DNA from: Gammaproteobacteria bacterium
Lineage (GTDB): Bacteria; Pseudomonadota; Gammaproteobacteria; UBA4575
Direction of reading: 5' to 3'
Length of the DNA stretch: 64,000 bases
Assembly: GCA_965222615.1 (NCBI GenBank)
Contig: CBDCUI010000008.1
Span: 96,001-160,000 of the forward strand
Shown here: in pieces, positions 29,229-40,753 of the stretch
How the letters are laid out: every line of letters begins with the position of its first letter
Numbering within the stretch: the first letter of the stretch is position 1
The notes under the pieces: generated by a model
Seen by the model: only the letters and a program-made list of their open reading frames with translations
What the model was told of the DNA's origin: nothing
Database searches by the model: none
Program-made: the position numbers and the translations under genes

Positions 29229-30458
29229 TTATCGATTCATTTTAATTCTACTTAATATATTAGTTGCAACCATGCCTATGATGGCAAAGAAAGTGAGCAG
29301 CAAGAAAAAATTCTGATGGCCTTGTACGCCTGGCGTTGCATCGAGCAAGCGGCCTGCGATGGGGTAGAAAAAAATATCTGGTGTGAAGCCAATTATAGAA
29401 ATTAGACCTACAGCTGTGCCTGTTATGGGGGCAGCAATACTAGTTTCTTCTAATAATGCAAAGTAGATACCACGGATTGCAAATACTGCAACAAATGTAA
29501 TAATCAGGTTGAGATAAATGATGTAGAGTAATGAGGTAGATGGAGATAATAAGGCAAGCACGCCATAGCTTATGATTAATAGTAGAAAAGAAATTTTGAT
29601 AACTTTGCTAGCTAAGAACTCATCTGCAAGAAAACCTGCAGCAATTGCTGCTATAGGACGAAGATAAGCAGCAATGGAAGTAAATTGTGCGGATTCTACT
29701 TCATTCATGCCTAGTATCTCGACTGCATAGAGCGCATAGTTATCAAGACCTTTATAGCCACTGTAAGCACAAATGACGATAATGGCCTGTAACCAAACAA
29801 CACGTTGGCGCCATACCTTACCTATGCCGAATAATGGTGATGTAGTGGATTTTAATGGTTGATCATGATGGTTTGGTATTAACCACCAGACTAATATAGC
29901 TGCTAAAAAAGTCATTACACTATAAGTATAAATAACCGCAGCTAATGCTTGACTACGTTGTAACTCTGAAGCGCTTTCTATTTCGCTGGGTAACAACATA
30001 CCGAATATAAGCACAGTAATTGAAGCAGCACTTGCTGCGACCAATCCTCGGCCGCCATCAAGAAAACCAAAGGCACGCCCTTGCAGTAATCTACCACCCC
30101 ATTCTCGCGTAGCACGAATTAAAGCCGCCCAAAATAATAAAATTGAAGTAATCCCCCAATAGGCAAACAACATCGACAAACCTAATTGATTTGGAAACTG
30201 TGCCATATATAGGCCACCTATTGTGGTGGCTAACAATGACAGCGCAAGTAAGGTTCGTGCTGAAAAATGATCAGCAATTACGCCACCGGGAAAATACGAT
30301 AGCATTGCAGTAATTCCATATATTGCAAAGATATCTCCAAGTGTGGCGTTAGAAAGATTAAATACATCGAGTACAGTTGGGCGATAAAAACGCGCTACAT
30401 GAAATGGTAGACTGAATATCATCTCGCCAGCAAGAACTAGGCAAAAGATTATCATCAA
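29229..30458 (-). CDS. MFS transporter
   Basis: About 12 TMs, motif A-like PGGVIADHFSAR; start may lie at ATT 30479. Confidence 0.9.
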   Translation of the reverse strand: MMIIFCLVLAGEMIFSLPFHVARFYRPTVLDVFNLSNATLGDIFAIYGITAMLSYFPGGVIADHFSARTLLALSLLATTIGGLYMAQFPNQLGLSMLFAYWGITSILLFWAALIRATREWGGRLLQGRAFGFLDGGRGLVAASAASITVLIFGMLLPSEIESASELQRSQALAAVIYTYSVMTFLAAILVWWLIPNHHDQPLKSTTSPLFGIGKVWRQRVVWLQAIIVICAYSGYKGLDNYALYAVEILGMNEVESAQFTSIAAYLRPIAAIAAGFLADEFLASKVIKISFLLLIISYGVLALLSPSTSLLYIIYLNLIITFVAVFAIRGIYFALLEETSIAAPITGTAVGLISIIGFTPDIFFYPIAGRLLDATPGVQGHQNFFLLLTFFAIIGMVATNILSRIKMNR

Positions 30459-30818
30459 CCGATGTTTGTTTTGATTAATGTTTAACTCCCAGTTAGAAGT
30501 TTTTGCTTTTCAAAGTTCAAGCTATAGTTTAGTGATGATCCTAGCTAATCAATAGCGAATATCTATATTTTATTGGGCATATTGTCATTACGAAGATAGC
30601 TTGATTTGCTTGTCAAGCTTAGCGTTTAGACGGTTTTTAGTACTAATGCATCTTAAGTTATTCTCTTATCGATAGTTTTTAAACTTAACCACTAATCTCA
30701 TATATCTATCCGTTTAGTATTGAAGCTAAAGCGTTTCATATTTTTTACACATTTTTTGCGACTTAGATTCTATTAGTTTTGTCAAACTAACAAGTACCAA
30801 AACATGGAGAACGGTATT

Positions 30819-31139
30819 ATGAATAAGATTAAACTTATTGGGCCTATAGTGGTTGGGTTGGCTACATTAATACTTTCTGCCCAATCACATGCAGATAGCA
30901 GAGTGTTTGGCAACCTGGGCATTGAGGATGCACCTTGGAGCATTCTTATTGGTTACAATGATTATGGCAGACATTACTACGAGCCACGTCGTGTAGAGCA
31001 TCACCATTATTACCATAAACCACGTCATAAGTATCGTAAACATAAACGACATCATAAAAGACATCATCGTGGCCATGCTTATGGTCACTATAAACACCGA
31101 CCATATAACTATTCTCGTAGAACTTATTGCCCTTATTAA
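30819..31139 (+). CDS. Small exported His/Arg/Lys/Tyr-rich protein
   Basis: Signal peptide SHA-DS; His-rich basic tail. Confidence 0.7.
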   Translation: MNKIKLIGPIVVGLATLILSAQSHADSRVFGNLGIEDAPWSILIGYNDYGRHYYEPRRVEHHHYYHKPRHKYRKHKRHHKRHHRGHAYGHYKHRPYNYSRRTYCPY

Positions 31140-31159
31140 TTCAGAGTAGAAACGAAGTC

Positions 31160-31189
31160 AGCGCCATCTTTTTGGATGGCGCTATTTTT
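31160..31189 (+). terminator. Intrinsic terminator
   Basis: agcgccatc-tttttg-gatggcgct-attttt. Confidence 0.8.
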
Positions 31190-31274
31190 ATAAGCAGGGA
31201 AGCTTAGTTCATGTGCACGATAAAAATTCCTATCGTGTTTGCACTGAGTTTAGAGAGAGGCTAGTAAAAATACT

Positions 31275-31871
31275 TCAAGCTGCCTTATTAATATTATAAT
31301 CACGTAATGAATTTAATACTGCAGATTTGATTTCTGGCACTGCATAAATTTGCCTAGCAGTTATTCTTATTAATGGAAAGCTTGCGCTTTCACATGCTTC
31401 ATTTAAAAATTTATCGCGCTTAGCTCTAGTGGCGCGATCATGACTACTATCATCTAGTTCTATTGCAGCGATAATCTCAAATTGATTGGGGCTACAAAGC
31501 ACAAAATCAAAATGTTTTGCAGAGATCTTATTAAATGCACTTTGCCACGCGCTTTTACTTAACCCTTTTGCTGGCCGCAAAATATCAGCAACACGTACTT
31601 TTGTAAGGATAAAGAATTGATCACCAAGGCCTTGCAGTAACACCCTGTAGAAAGTTTGTTCGGTTTTGGAAAGAATAAAGCGATTACTGCGATAAGAGAT
31701 TACTGGGAGATCTGACAATGGTAGATTTGCACTGGGTTCAAGTCTTGTAGCGTTAGAGATTGTTCTTTTGCCTAGCTTAATTTCAGCTTTTTTAGCACGT
31801 TGCTTAGCAATTAGTTTAATCAATATTGCGCCAAGTAGCGCCAATGCACCGATTACATATCCTTCCATCAC
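31275..31871 (-). CDS. DUF2726 domain protein
   Basis: LS..E..FY..L, KVRVAD, KHFDFVLC, IELDDSSH, RD.F. Confidence 0.9.
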   Translation of the reverse strand: MMEGYVIGALALLGAILIKLIAKQRAKKAEIKLGKRTISNATRLEPSANLPLSDLPVISYRSNRFILSKTEQTFYRVLLQGLGDQFFILTKVRVADILRPAKGLSKSAWQSAFNKISAKHFDFVLCSPNQFEIIAAIELDDSSHDRATRAKRDKFLNEACESASFPLIRITARQIYAVPEIKSAVLNSLRDYNINKAA

Positions 31872-31979
31872 AAACCTCGACTCTTCTCGAAGCGAATATA
31901 TTGCTTCAGATCAGAAAAGCACAGAGAGATTTTCTGATAACTGTTTGCGTAATGGGGCTGAATGGCGAAAGTCAGTAAA

Positions 31980-33446
31980 TTAAGCTACCGGGGCAGGAAG
32001 ATCGGAACTTCCCATTAAATATTCATCCACTCCGCGTGCGGCACTGCGGCCCTCAGCAATGGCCCAGACAATTAGACTTTGGCCGCGATGCATATCACCA
32101 GCAGTAAACACACCTTCAATATTGGTCATCCAATTTTGATCGCGTACTACATTACCGCGATTATCTAATTCGACATTTAATTGTTCCAACATTCCAGGCT
32201 TTTCTGGGCCAAGAAAGCCCATCGCCAATAGCACTAAATCACAAGGTAATGTTTCATTGCTACCTGGAACTTCTTCTAGGGTTAAGCGTCCGCCATTGAC
32301 TGTAGCGCGCCCGTCAACATTAACCATCTCGACTCGCACCAATTCTAAGCCTTTAACATTTCCAGCTTCATCGCCAATGAAGCGTTTGGTGGATACAGAA
32401 TAACAGCGTTCAACGCCTTCCTCGTGAGCGGATGCAGTACGGAAAATGCGTGGCCACTCGGGCCATGGATTATCTTCTGCACGTGTTGTGGGAGGTTTCG
32501 GCATGATTTCCAATTGATGTATCGATAGCGCGCCTTGACGGTTAGCAGTACCTAAACAATCGGCGCCCGTGTCACCGCCACCAATGATGACTACGTGCTT
32601 GTCTTCAGCAGTAATAAAGTTTTCCGGCCTAGCATCACCTTCGCAAATTTTATTTTGCATGGGTAAATATTCTATCGCCTGATGAATGCCTTTTAACTCC
32701 CTACCTTCGACTGGTAAATCTCTTGGTTGGCAAGCTCCACCTGTCAAAACCAATGCGTCGAAATTATCGCGGAGATCTTCAACAGCAATATTTTCTCCTA
32801 CATGTGCATTGGTTTTAAACTGTACACCTTCAGCCTGCATTTGTTCCAGGCGCCGATCTAATACACGTTTTTCCATTTTGAACTCAGGAATTCCATAACG
32901 CAGCAAGCCACCGATACGATTGGCACGTTCAAATACAGTAACTTCATGACCAGCGCGTGCAAGTTGTTGAGCCGCAGCTAAACCGGCAGGACCGGAACCA
33001 ATAACGGCGACCTTCTTGCCAGTTTTGCTACTGGCTATCTGTGGCTGCACCCAGCCATTTTCCCAAGCCTTATCAATAATCGTAAGTTCAACACCTTTGA
33101 TGGTGACTGGGTCATCATTAATGCCTAACACACATGAGCCTTCGCATGGTGCAGGGCACAGTGTGCCTGTGAATTCTGGAAAGTTATTGGTAGCATGCAG
33201 TCTTTTGATGGCGTCTTGCCACTGATCTCGATATACCAAGTCGTTCCAATCAGGAATTAAATTACCTAATGGACAACCTTCGTGACAAAATGGAATACCG
33301 CAGTCCATGCAACGCGCGGCTTGATCTTTTAAAGGATCAATTTGCCATGGCGCCATCACTTGATTCCAATCACGAATGCGTTCTTCGATAGGACGGTATG
33401 GCTGTTTGGCGCGTGTATACTCCATGAAGCCAGTGATTTTAGCCAT
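31980..33446 (-). CDS. gltD: Glutamate synthase small subunit
   Basis: RCMDCGIPFCH.GCP, NNFPEFTG.LCPAPCE, GSGPAGL, GGGDTGADC, RGQSLIVWAI.EGR. Confidence 0.97.
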   Translation of the reverse strand: MAKITGFMEYTRAKQPYRPIEERIRDWNQVMAPWQIDPLKDQAARCMDCGIPFCHEGCPLGNLIPDWNDLVYRDQWQDAIKRLHATNNFPEFTGTLCPAPCEGSCVLGINDDPVTIKGVELTIIDKAWENGWVQPQIASSKTGKKVAVIGSGPAGLAAAQQLARAGHEVTVFERANRIGGLLRYGIPEFKMEKRVLDRRLEQMQAEGVQFKTNAHVGENIAVEDLRDNFDALVLTGGACQPRDLPVEGRELKGIHQAIEYLPMQNKICEGDARPENFITAEDKHVVIIGGGDTGADCLGTANRQGALSIHQLEIMPKPPTTRAEDNPWPEWPRIFRTASAHEEGVERCYSVSTKRFIGDEAGNVKGLELVRVEMVNVDGRATVNGGRLTLEEVPGSNETLPCDLVLLAMGFLGPEKPGMLEQLNVELDNRGNVVRDQNWMTNIEGVFTAGDMHRGQSLIVWAIAEGRSAARGVDEYLMGSSDLPAPVA

Positions 33447-33464
33447 ATCCTAACTCCTTATTAT

Positions 33465-33610
33465 GGGAGCTCTGATTTATTAATGAAATGCCTGAGATTA
33501 GGCAAAAAGATTTTGAAAAAACGGAGTGTATAGAGGAATACATGAGTATTTTGAAAAATCTTTACTAATTTATCTTTTTTTGGGACATATCAGAATAAAT
33601 CAGAGTTTCC
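33465..33610. mobile_element. MITE-like element between gltB and gltD
   Basis: TIRs GGGAGCTCTGATTTAT / ATAAATCAGAGTTTCC (14/16 match, extending inward); internal palindromic core; no ORF. Confidence 0.65.
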
Positions 33611-33614
33611 ATAG

Positions 33615-36600
33615 TTATCCGTGTGCGGCTTCCATTACGGCTTCATCTACCGAAGTACCTTCAGCTTCTGCTTTTTTAATTGCAGCAAGTACGCGTTTGT
33701 AATCCTTAGGCATCACTTTTATAAATTTTGCTAAGTGATTTTTCCAGTCATCTAAAATATTTTTAGCAACGGTACTCTTAGTGTATTCGACATGTTTCGT
33801 GAGTAAAATTTTTATAGTTTTTATATCTTCTTCATCAGGTTCGTCCAAATCTACCATGTCTGTATTGCATTGAATCTCAAAGTTTTCTTTCTCAGCTAAT
33901 ACGTAAGCTATGCCGCCCGACATGCCAGCCGCAAAGTTACGACCCGTCGGTCCTATTACAACAACACGACCTCCAGTCATGTATTCACAGCCGTGATCAC
34001 CAACACCTTCTACTACGGCACTCACACCACTGTTACGCACACAAAAACGTTCGCCAGCGATGCCTCGAATGTAGGCTTCACCCGAAGTTGCGCCATACAA
34101 CAACACATTACCAACAATAATATTTTCTTCCGCAACAAAAGTTGAAGGACGTGGTGGATACACAATGATTTTGCCACCAGAAAGTCCTTTGCCTAAGTAA
34201 TCATTCGCATCACCTTCTAAGGTCAAAGTTACTCCCTTCGGTACAAAGGCACCAAAACTCATGCCTGCAGAACCATTAAAGTGCACACGAATGGTGTCTT
34301 CCGGTAAACCTTCCGCACCGTAACGTTTAGTGATGTGGTGTCCTAGAATTGTACCTACAGTACGGTTGGTGTTTTGTATTGGCAAAATAATGTCTACGGG
34401 TTTGCTGCCCTCGATAGCGTCTTTGCAAAGAGGTATTAATGTCGTTACGTCTAAAGATTTATCTAGGCCATGGTCTTGTTCTGTAGCGCAGTACATTTCT
34501 GTACCCATAATATTTTCTGGCTTGTGTAAAATACTACTGAAATCTAAACCGCGCGCTTTCCAGTGATCGACTGCAGGGGTTACATCCAATTTTTCAACAT
34601 GTCCGATCATTTCATCCATCGTGCGGTAGCCTAGTTGTGCCATGTACTCACGCACCTCTTCGGCGATAAACTTAAAAAAGTTTTCAACAAATTCAGGTTG
34701 ACCACCAAATTTTTTTGTCAATTCTGGATTTTGTGTTGCCACACCTACTGGGCAAGTATTCAGATGACATACACGCATCATAATGCAGCCCATTACCACT
34801 AAAGGCGCTGTGGAAAATCCAAACTCTTCTGCACCTAATAATGCCGCAACGATGACGTCACGACCGGTTTTCAATTGACCGTCCGTTTGTACTACGATGC
34901 GATCACGTAAACCGTTTTGTATGAGTACTTGTTGTGTTTCCGCAAGACCAAGTTCCCATGGAAGACCAGCATGTTTTAAAGAGCTCATTGGTGAGGCACC
35001 GGTGCCGCCATCGTACCCAGAAATCAATACAACATCGGAATGCGCCTTGGCGACCCCTGCGGCTACAGTACCGACACCGACTTCGGCCACCAGTTTTACA
35101 TGTATACGTGCATCAGGATTTGAATTTTTTAAGTCATGAATCAGTTGCGCTAAATCCTCAATGGAATAAATATCGTGATGTGGTGGAGGTGATATGAGCC
35201 CAACACCAGGTGTGGAGCCGCGTACTTTAGCGATCCAAGGGTATACCTTGGTACCAGGAAGCTGTCCACCTTCACCAGGTTTTGCGCCTTGTGCCATCTT
35301 GATTTGTATATCGTCGGCATTTACTAAGTATTCGCTGGTGACACCAAAACGACCTGATGCAACTTGTTTAATTGCGCTCCTGCGTAAGTCACCGTTGTCA
35401 TCTGCAACATAACGATCAGGATCTTCACCACCTTCGCCGGTATTTGATTTACCACCAATACGATTCATCGCAATCGCTAAGGTTTCGTGTGCTTGTTTAC
35501 TGATAGACCCATAGGACATAGCGCCGGTTGAAAAGCGTTTCATTATATTTTCAATTGGTTCGACTTCTTCGATGGGGATCGGCTGTTTAGCCATTTTAAA
35601 TTCAAACAATCCACGTAAAGTGGCACGGTGTTCATTTTGATTGTTTACCTTGTCGGTATACTCTTTAAAAATATTGAACTGACCTGTACGCGTAGAGTGT
35701 TGTAATTTAAAAACGGTTTCAGGATTAAACAAATGGTATTCGCCATCACGACGCCATTGATATTCACCACCCCATTCCAAATCTGGTCGCTTGCTTGGAC
35801 GATCAGGAAAGGCATTGTGATGACGAATGCTTGTCTCTTGAGCAATTTCTTTTAAGCCAATGCCACCAATTCGTGAAGCCGTCCAAGTGAAGTATTGATC
35901 AACAAACTCTTTGTTCAAACCTATGGCTTCAAAGATTTGTGCGCCACGATAAGACTGTACAGTAGAGATACCCATCTTCGACATGGTTTTCGTCAGGCCT
36001 TTATTTATTGCTTTTATAAAGTTTTTAACAGCCTTCTCATGCTGCATTTCAGGTAAGTGACCTTTACCAATCATGTCTCCAAGCGATTCAAATGCAAGAT
36101 AGGGATTTACGGCGCAAATACCATAACCAATCAATACCGCGAAATGATGTACTTCACGTGGCTCGCCTGATTCAAGAATCAACCCCACTTTGGTACGTGC
36201 ACCGGTACGAATTAAATGATGATGTACACCTGCAGTGGCTAATAATGCCGGGATGGCTGCTAGTTCTTGAGTGATACCACGGTCTGAAAGAATGATATTG
36301 GTGTAGCCCTCATCAATTGCAGTATCAACCTGAGTACAAACTTTTTGCAAGGCTTGGTCTAAACCTGGCCCACCTTCGGAAACAGGATAAAGAATAGAAA
36401 TTGTTTTGGTTTTTAGTCCTGTCAGATTTACATCGCGTATGCGAGCGAGTTCATCATTGCTGAGTACTGGTGAAGGTATTTTAATTTGTCGACAACTCTC
36501 AGGTGTAGGGTTTAACAAATTTTTCTCAGGCCCAACCGTAGTTGCCACTTGTGTCACTAATTCTTCTCGAATGCCGTCTAGTGGAGGATTAGTGACTTGT

Positions 36601-38180
36601 GCAAATAATTGTTTGAAGTAGTCATATAGTAGTCGAGAGCGATTCGATAATACCGCCAAGGCTGCATCAGTTCCCATAGAACCTGTTGGCTCCATGCCAT
36701 TGGCTGCCATCGGTGCCATTAAAACTTTTAAGTCCTCATGGGTGTAGCCAAACGCTTGTTGGCGTTGCAACAGGGTTTCTTTATCTGAGCCATGAATTTG
36801 TTTGGGATTAGGCAAGTTTTCAATGGCAACCAGATTTTCTTTTAACCATTCGGCATACGGGTGTTCTTCAACAAATTCTTTTTTAATCTCTTCATCGTCA
36901 ATAATACGGCCCTGTTTGGTGTCTACCATAAAGATACGCCCGGGATGCAAGCGATCTTTAATCAATACATTTTCCGGTGCAATATCAAGCACACCTACCT
37001 CAGAGGCCATGACCACCATGTCATCTTTAGTGACATAATAGCGGGAAGGTCTTAAACCATTTCGATCTAACACAGCACCGATTACTTCGCCGTCCGTGAA
37101 TGCAATCGATGCTGGACCATCCCAGGGTTCCATTAAGCAGGCGTGATATTCATAAAATGCTTTACGTGTTGCATCCATTGTTTCATGGCCACTCCATGCT
37201 TCAGGAATCATCATTAAAATTGCATGCTGTAAGGGTCGGCCACTCATATGCAAAAATTCCATCGCATTATCAAAAGTAGCAGAATCACTGCCGCCTTCAA
37301 TCACTATTGGGAAAAGTTTTTGCAGATCATCATCACTGAATAGTTCGGATTTGCATAATGATTCACGTGCATGCATCCAGTTAGTGTTACCGCGAACCGT
37401 ATTGATTTCTCCGTTATGACAGAGATATCTAAACGGTTGTGCTAAATCCCAGGAAGGAAAGGTATTAGTTGAAAAACGTTGGTGTACTAAAGCAAGAGCA
37501 GATTCAAAATCTGACTCCGAGATGTCTGGAAACATCGGTTCAAACTGGGAACCAGTCAGCATGCCTTTGTATACACATGTGCGGTATGAAAGAGATGGGA
37601 TATAAAACTTATTTTTTTCTGATAAATCAGAATTTAAAATAATATGCTCTATACGTTTACGAATAATATAGAGTTTACGTTCAAAAACCGCTGCATCTTT
37701 TATGTCACTATTGCGGCCAATAAAAATTTGTTTAAAGTGTGGTTCACCAGCTTGCGCCATAGATCCTAAAGGTGAATCATCAGTTGGAACATCACGCCAT
37801 CCTAAAACCTGCTGTCCTTCTTCCTCAACAATTTGGTTGAATTGATCAATGCAGTTTTGTTGCTGTGCGGCATCATTAGGCAGGAACACCATGCCTGCAC
37901 CGTAGTGTCCATATTCAGGCAACGCTATATTTAGTTCATGGCAGATACGCGTGAAGAATTTATGTGGCATTTGAATAAGCATGCCCACGCCATCACCGGT
38001 GTTTTCTTCACAACCACATGCGCCACGGTGAATCAGGTTTTTTAAGATGGTTACCGCATTTTCAACTATTTGGTGTGATTGACGTCCTTTGATGTCAACA
38101 ACAAAGCCTACTCCACAGGCATCATGTTCATAACATGGATCGTATAGACCTTGGGATGACGGGATATTGTTTATTCTCAT
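33615..38180 (-). CDS. gltB: Glutamate synthase large subunit
   Basis: EHDA|[49 protein letters not shown]-terminal domain. Confidence 0.98.
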   Translation of the reverse strand: MRINNIPSSQGLYDPCYEHDACGVGFVVDIKGRQSHQIVENAVTILKNLIHRGACGCEENTGDGVGMLIQMPHKFFTRICHELNIALPEYGHYGAGMVFLPNDAAQQQNCIDQFNQIVEEEGQQVLGWRDVPTDDSPLGSMAQAGEPHFKQIFIGRNSDIKDAAVFERKLYIIRKRIEHIILNSDLSEKNKFYIPSLSYRTCVYKGMLTGSQFEPMFPDISESDFESALALVHQRFSTNTFPSWDLAQPFRYLCHNGEINTVRGNTNWMHARESLCKSELFSDDDLQKLFPIVIEGGSDSATFDNAMEFLHMSGRPLQHAILMMIPEAWSGHETMDATRKAFYEYHACLMEPWDGPASIAFTDGEVIGAVLDRNGLRPSRYYVTKDDMVVMASEVGVLDIAPENVLIKDRLHPGRIFMVDTKQGRIIDDEEIKKEFVEEHPYAEWLKENLVAIENLPNPKQIHGSDKETLLQRQQAFGYTHEDLKVLMAPMAANGMEPTGSMGTDAALAVLSNRSRLLYDYFKQLFAQVTNPPLDGIREELVTQVATTVGPEKNLLNPTPESCRQIKIPSPVLSNDELARIRDVNLTGLKTKTISILYPVSEGGPGLDQALQKVCTQVDTAIDEGYTNIILSDRGITQELAAIPALLATAGVHHHLIRTGARTKVGLILESGEPREVHHFAVLIGYGICAVNPYLAFESLGDMIGKGHLPEMQHEKAVKNFIKAINKGLTKTMSKMGISTVQSYRGAQIFEAIGLNKEFVDQYFTWTASRIGGIGLKEIAQETSIRHHNAFPDRPSKRPDLEWGGEYQWRRDGEYHLFNPETVFKLQHSTRTGQFNIFKEYTDKVNNQNEHRATLRGLFEFKMAKQPIPIEEVEPIENIMKRFSTGAMSYGSISKQAHETLAIAMNRIGGKSNTGEGGEDPDRYVADDNGDLRRSAIKQVASGRFGVTSEYLVNADDIQIKMAQGAKPGEGGQLPGTKVYPWIAKVRGSTPGVGLISPPPHHDIYSIEDLAQLIHDLKNSNPDARIHVKLVAEVGVGTVAAGVAKAHSDVVLISGYDGGTGASPMSSLKHAGLPWELGLAETQQVLIQNGLRDRIVVQTDGQLKTGRDVIVAALLGAEEFGFSTAPLVVMGCIMMRVCHLNTCPVGVATQNPELTKKFGGQPEFVENFFKFIAEEVREYMAQLGYRTMDEMIGHVEKLDVTPAVDHWKARGLDFSSILHKPENIMGTEMYCATEQDHGLDKSLDVTTLIPLCKDAIEGSKPVDIILPIQNTNRTVGTILGHHITKRYGAEGLPEDTIRVHFNGSAGMSFGAFVPKGVTLTLEGDANDYLGKGLSGGKIIVYPPRPSTFVAEENIIVGNVLLYGATSGEAYIRGIAGERFCVRNSGVSAVVEGVGDHGCEYMTGGRVVVIGPTGRNFAAGMSGGIAYVLAEKENFEIQCNTDMVDLDEPDEEDIKTIKILLTKHVEYTKSTVAKNILDDWKNHLAKFIKVMPKDYKRVLAAIKKAEAEGTSVDEAVMEAAHG

Positions 38181-38815
38181 ACTCGATTCAAGACAAATTA
38201 TTATTCTTACTATATTAAGGGTTTTACACGTTAATCTATCTACTACTAAAAGAAGGTAAATAGTAAAAAAATAAATCTACATGAGTATATTGCCATAGAA
38301 AAACACTGACTTATCTCATGATGTCCATGCAAAGGGCCGCGAATTATAAAGCAGACAAAGGATCAGGACTATTATCCTTAATTATGGTGTGTTTATTTAT
38401 TATGTAAAATGATTATGATACAAGTCACTAATTCTGTAATGAAATGCACAGCACAGCAAGCGAAACGTCGCAATAATAAAGGATTAGAACAGCCGTATGG
38501 CATAAAAGAGTTGGTTTCTAAGGGACGCTATACCTGTAGAAAGCAAGGATATTTTTCAAGGAGGGACATCTCACATGAAGCAAAAAAACCATTTGCATTC
38601 AAATCGATCTGCGCCAGATCTTTCTAGACCTGCCGTATTTGTGAACAATTCTCAAAAAAAGAATAAACCAGAAAACCAAACAGCGACAAAAGAAAAGCTA
38701 TCGCAAAAATAAATTCAAAACACTGGGTCCAAGAGATCGCTAGACCTAGTGCTAGCAATAATTTTATTATTTCCTTGCTAAGCAAATTGATGCATTAGCA
38801 TAAATCAGAGCTTTG

Positions 38816-39004
38816 TTAGGCGTTGGCAAGGTACAGTGCCACTAAAATAAGCAATACTGCAGATCCTTGCAGGATAGTACGTGCCCACATGAACTTCTCA
38901 CTGGCGTCCTTGTCTAGTGAACCTCCAATCCCCATTGATAATAGGCCCAAGCCTAGCGCAGCAATGGTTGCAAGTAATGCCAGAACTATAATTATATTTA
39001 ACAT
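38816..39004 (-). CDS. HIG1-like twin-transmembrane small protein
   Basis: Two TMs with M..GG..D...S.K.M.AR...QG; GGGAGG RBS. Confidence 0.8.
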   Translation of the reverse strand: MLNIIIVLALLATIAALGLGLLSMGIGGSLDKDASEKFMWARTILQGSAVLLILVALYLANA

Positions 39005-39076
39005 TGTTGTTTTCCTCCCTAACAACAGTGAGTAAATTATGCCATGCTATAAATGACAAACCAAATACGGATACTT

Positions 39077-39529
39077 TTAATACAAACCAGGAATAAATCG
39101 TTTAGTTTGTTGTTGATATGTTGAATAACCAACAAACTTATTGCTTAACAAGGTTTCTTCAGTATTTGCCTTGCAAATTACTGCCAAAATCACCATGGCC
39201 AGTCCAATAAAATTTAATTCATGATAATTGAATAAAGCAATACCCCCCATCATTAGGATCAAACTCACATACATCGGATGGCGCACATATCGATAGGGGC
39301 CTGAAGTAATTAATCTTGCTTGCGGTTTCGGTTCAGGATATACGCTGAAATTACCAATCTGATTATAAAATAGTGTAGTAATTCCCAATATTATTCCTAG
39401 CGCACACAAGATAAGCCAATAAAAGCTGCCAGAATTTTTTAGGCCGACGGGAATACAACTCAATGCAATTCCACTCATTTGAATAAATACTAGTATATGG
39501 CTTGTAAGCGGATGCTTATAAATTGACAT
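39077..39529 (-). CDS. Isoprenylcysteine carboxylmethyltransferase-family membrane protein
   Basis: LITSGPYRYVRHPMY, EE..L...F..Y..Y....RFIP. Confidence 0.9.
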   Translation of the reverse strand: MSIYKHPLTSHILVFIQMSGIALSCIPVGLKNSGSFYWLILCALGIILGITTLFYNQIGNFSVYPEPKPQARLITSGPYRYVRHPMYVSLILMMGGIALFNYHELNFIGLAMVILAVICKANTEETLLSNKFVGYSTYQQQTKRFIPGLY

Positions 39530-39565
39530 ATAACTCGTAAAGAAAGATTAAATTTATGAACACGA

Positions 39566-40393
39566 CTAAGCATCAAGAATATTGATTACTTCATTGTTTG
39601 TATGAACAGACTCTTGATGCATTGATTCAAAATCAAATAATTCAGTATCAAGCAAGTGACTAGTGGTAATATTTTGCATAGAACGAAATATATTACGAAT
39701 ACGATCTGGGGATTGTTGGTCCCATTCAGTTAACATTTCTTTAATGCGATTTCGTTCCAAATTTGGTTTAGAACCACACAAGTTGCAGGGGATGATTGGA
39801 AAAGCACATCTTTTTGCATAGTTTGCGATGTCTTTTTCCCGACAGTACACTAAGGGACGAATCACAATATTTCGTTGATCATCGCTAACTAATTTTGGTG
39901 GCATAGTTTTGAGTCTTGAACCATGAAACATGTTTAAAAACATCGTTTCAACCAAATCATCCATATGGTGGCCTAGTGCAATTTTATTTGTATCTAGTTC
40001 TTGGGCCACGTTGTACAGTATTCCACGGCGTAATCGAGAACATAGCGAGCAAGTGGTTTTATCTGGTGCTATTTTTTCTTTAACAATACTATAAGTGTCA
40101 CGTTCGATAATGCGGTAATCCACACCAAGTTTTTCTAGATAGCTTGGTAAAATGTATTTTGGAAACCCAGGTTGCTTTTGATCGAGATTGACAACAACCA
40201 AATCAAATCTAACCGGTGCAACTGGCTGCAACCCCATTAACATGTCTAGTAAAGTATAAGAATCTTTGCCTCCAGAAAGGCATACCATGACTCGATCGCC
40301 ATCTTCGATCATATGGTAATCGCTAATTGCCTTGCCAGTCTGGCGTCTTAACTGCTTCTGAAGCTTAGTAAATCTTTGTGAATGTTGAGTCAT
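39566..40393 (-). CDS. ttcA: tRNA 2-thiocytidine(32) synthetase
   Basis: SGGKDS PP-loop, [25 protein letters not shown]. Confidence 0.96.
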   Translation of the reverse strand: MTQHSQRFTKLQKQLRRQTGKAISDYHMIEDGDRVMVCLSGGKDSYTLLDMLMGLQPVAPVRFDLVVVNLDQKQPGFPKYILPSYLEKLGVDYRIIERDTYSIVKEKIAPDKTTCSLCSRLRRGILYNVAQELDTNKIALGHHMDDLVETMFLNMFHGSRLKTMPPKLVSDDQRNIVIRPLVYCREKDIANYAKRCAFPIIPCNLCGSKPNLERNRIKEMLTEWDQQSPDRIRNIFRSMQNITTSHLLDTELFDFESMHQESVHTNNEVINILDA

Positions 40394-40438
40394 GTATTAG
40401 TGTGGTTACTAAATTTTTAAAGCACTACTTTACGCTAT

Positions 40439-40747
40439 ATTTACGCAAACAATAAAGCTCTGTAAGGTTATAAAACAGGAGCTTTCCCGGAAGGATCTAT
40501 CATAATATTTGATTTATTAGCCGCTACTATATAAGGCAATGCCATTGTTGAAAATACAAGAAAAATGCTTGGTGTTATGGAAAAAGACTCAAAACGATTT
40601 GCAGATACTACTGGTTGGAGTTTCGAAGGTTTTGTGGCGGGTGAATCAGAAAATAGAACAGTTGGAAAAAATTACAAAGATGCATGTTTTGTATGTCACA
40701 CAGCACAAAAAGATAATGACTATGTATTTAGTACGTGGAGAGAATAA
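40439..40747 (+). pseudogene. Cytochrome P460/c'-beta family pseudogene (N-terminally truncated, two in-frame stops)
   Basis: Frame reads IYANNKAL*GYKTGAFPEGSIIIFDLL...*...GVMEKD...GW.FEGF...CFVCH...DYVFS; TAA at 40463 and 40532. Confidence 0.8.
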
Positions 40748-40753
40748 TCTACA

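Noticed and set aside
38409-38627. 72-aa ORF upstream of gltB
   Set aside because: No RBS or recognisable motif; lies in a promoter/repeat-debris region
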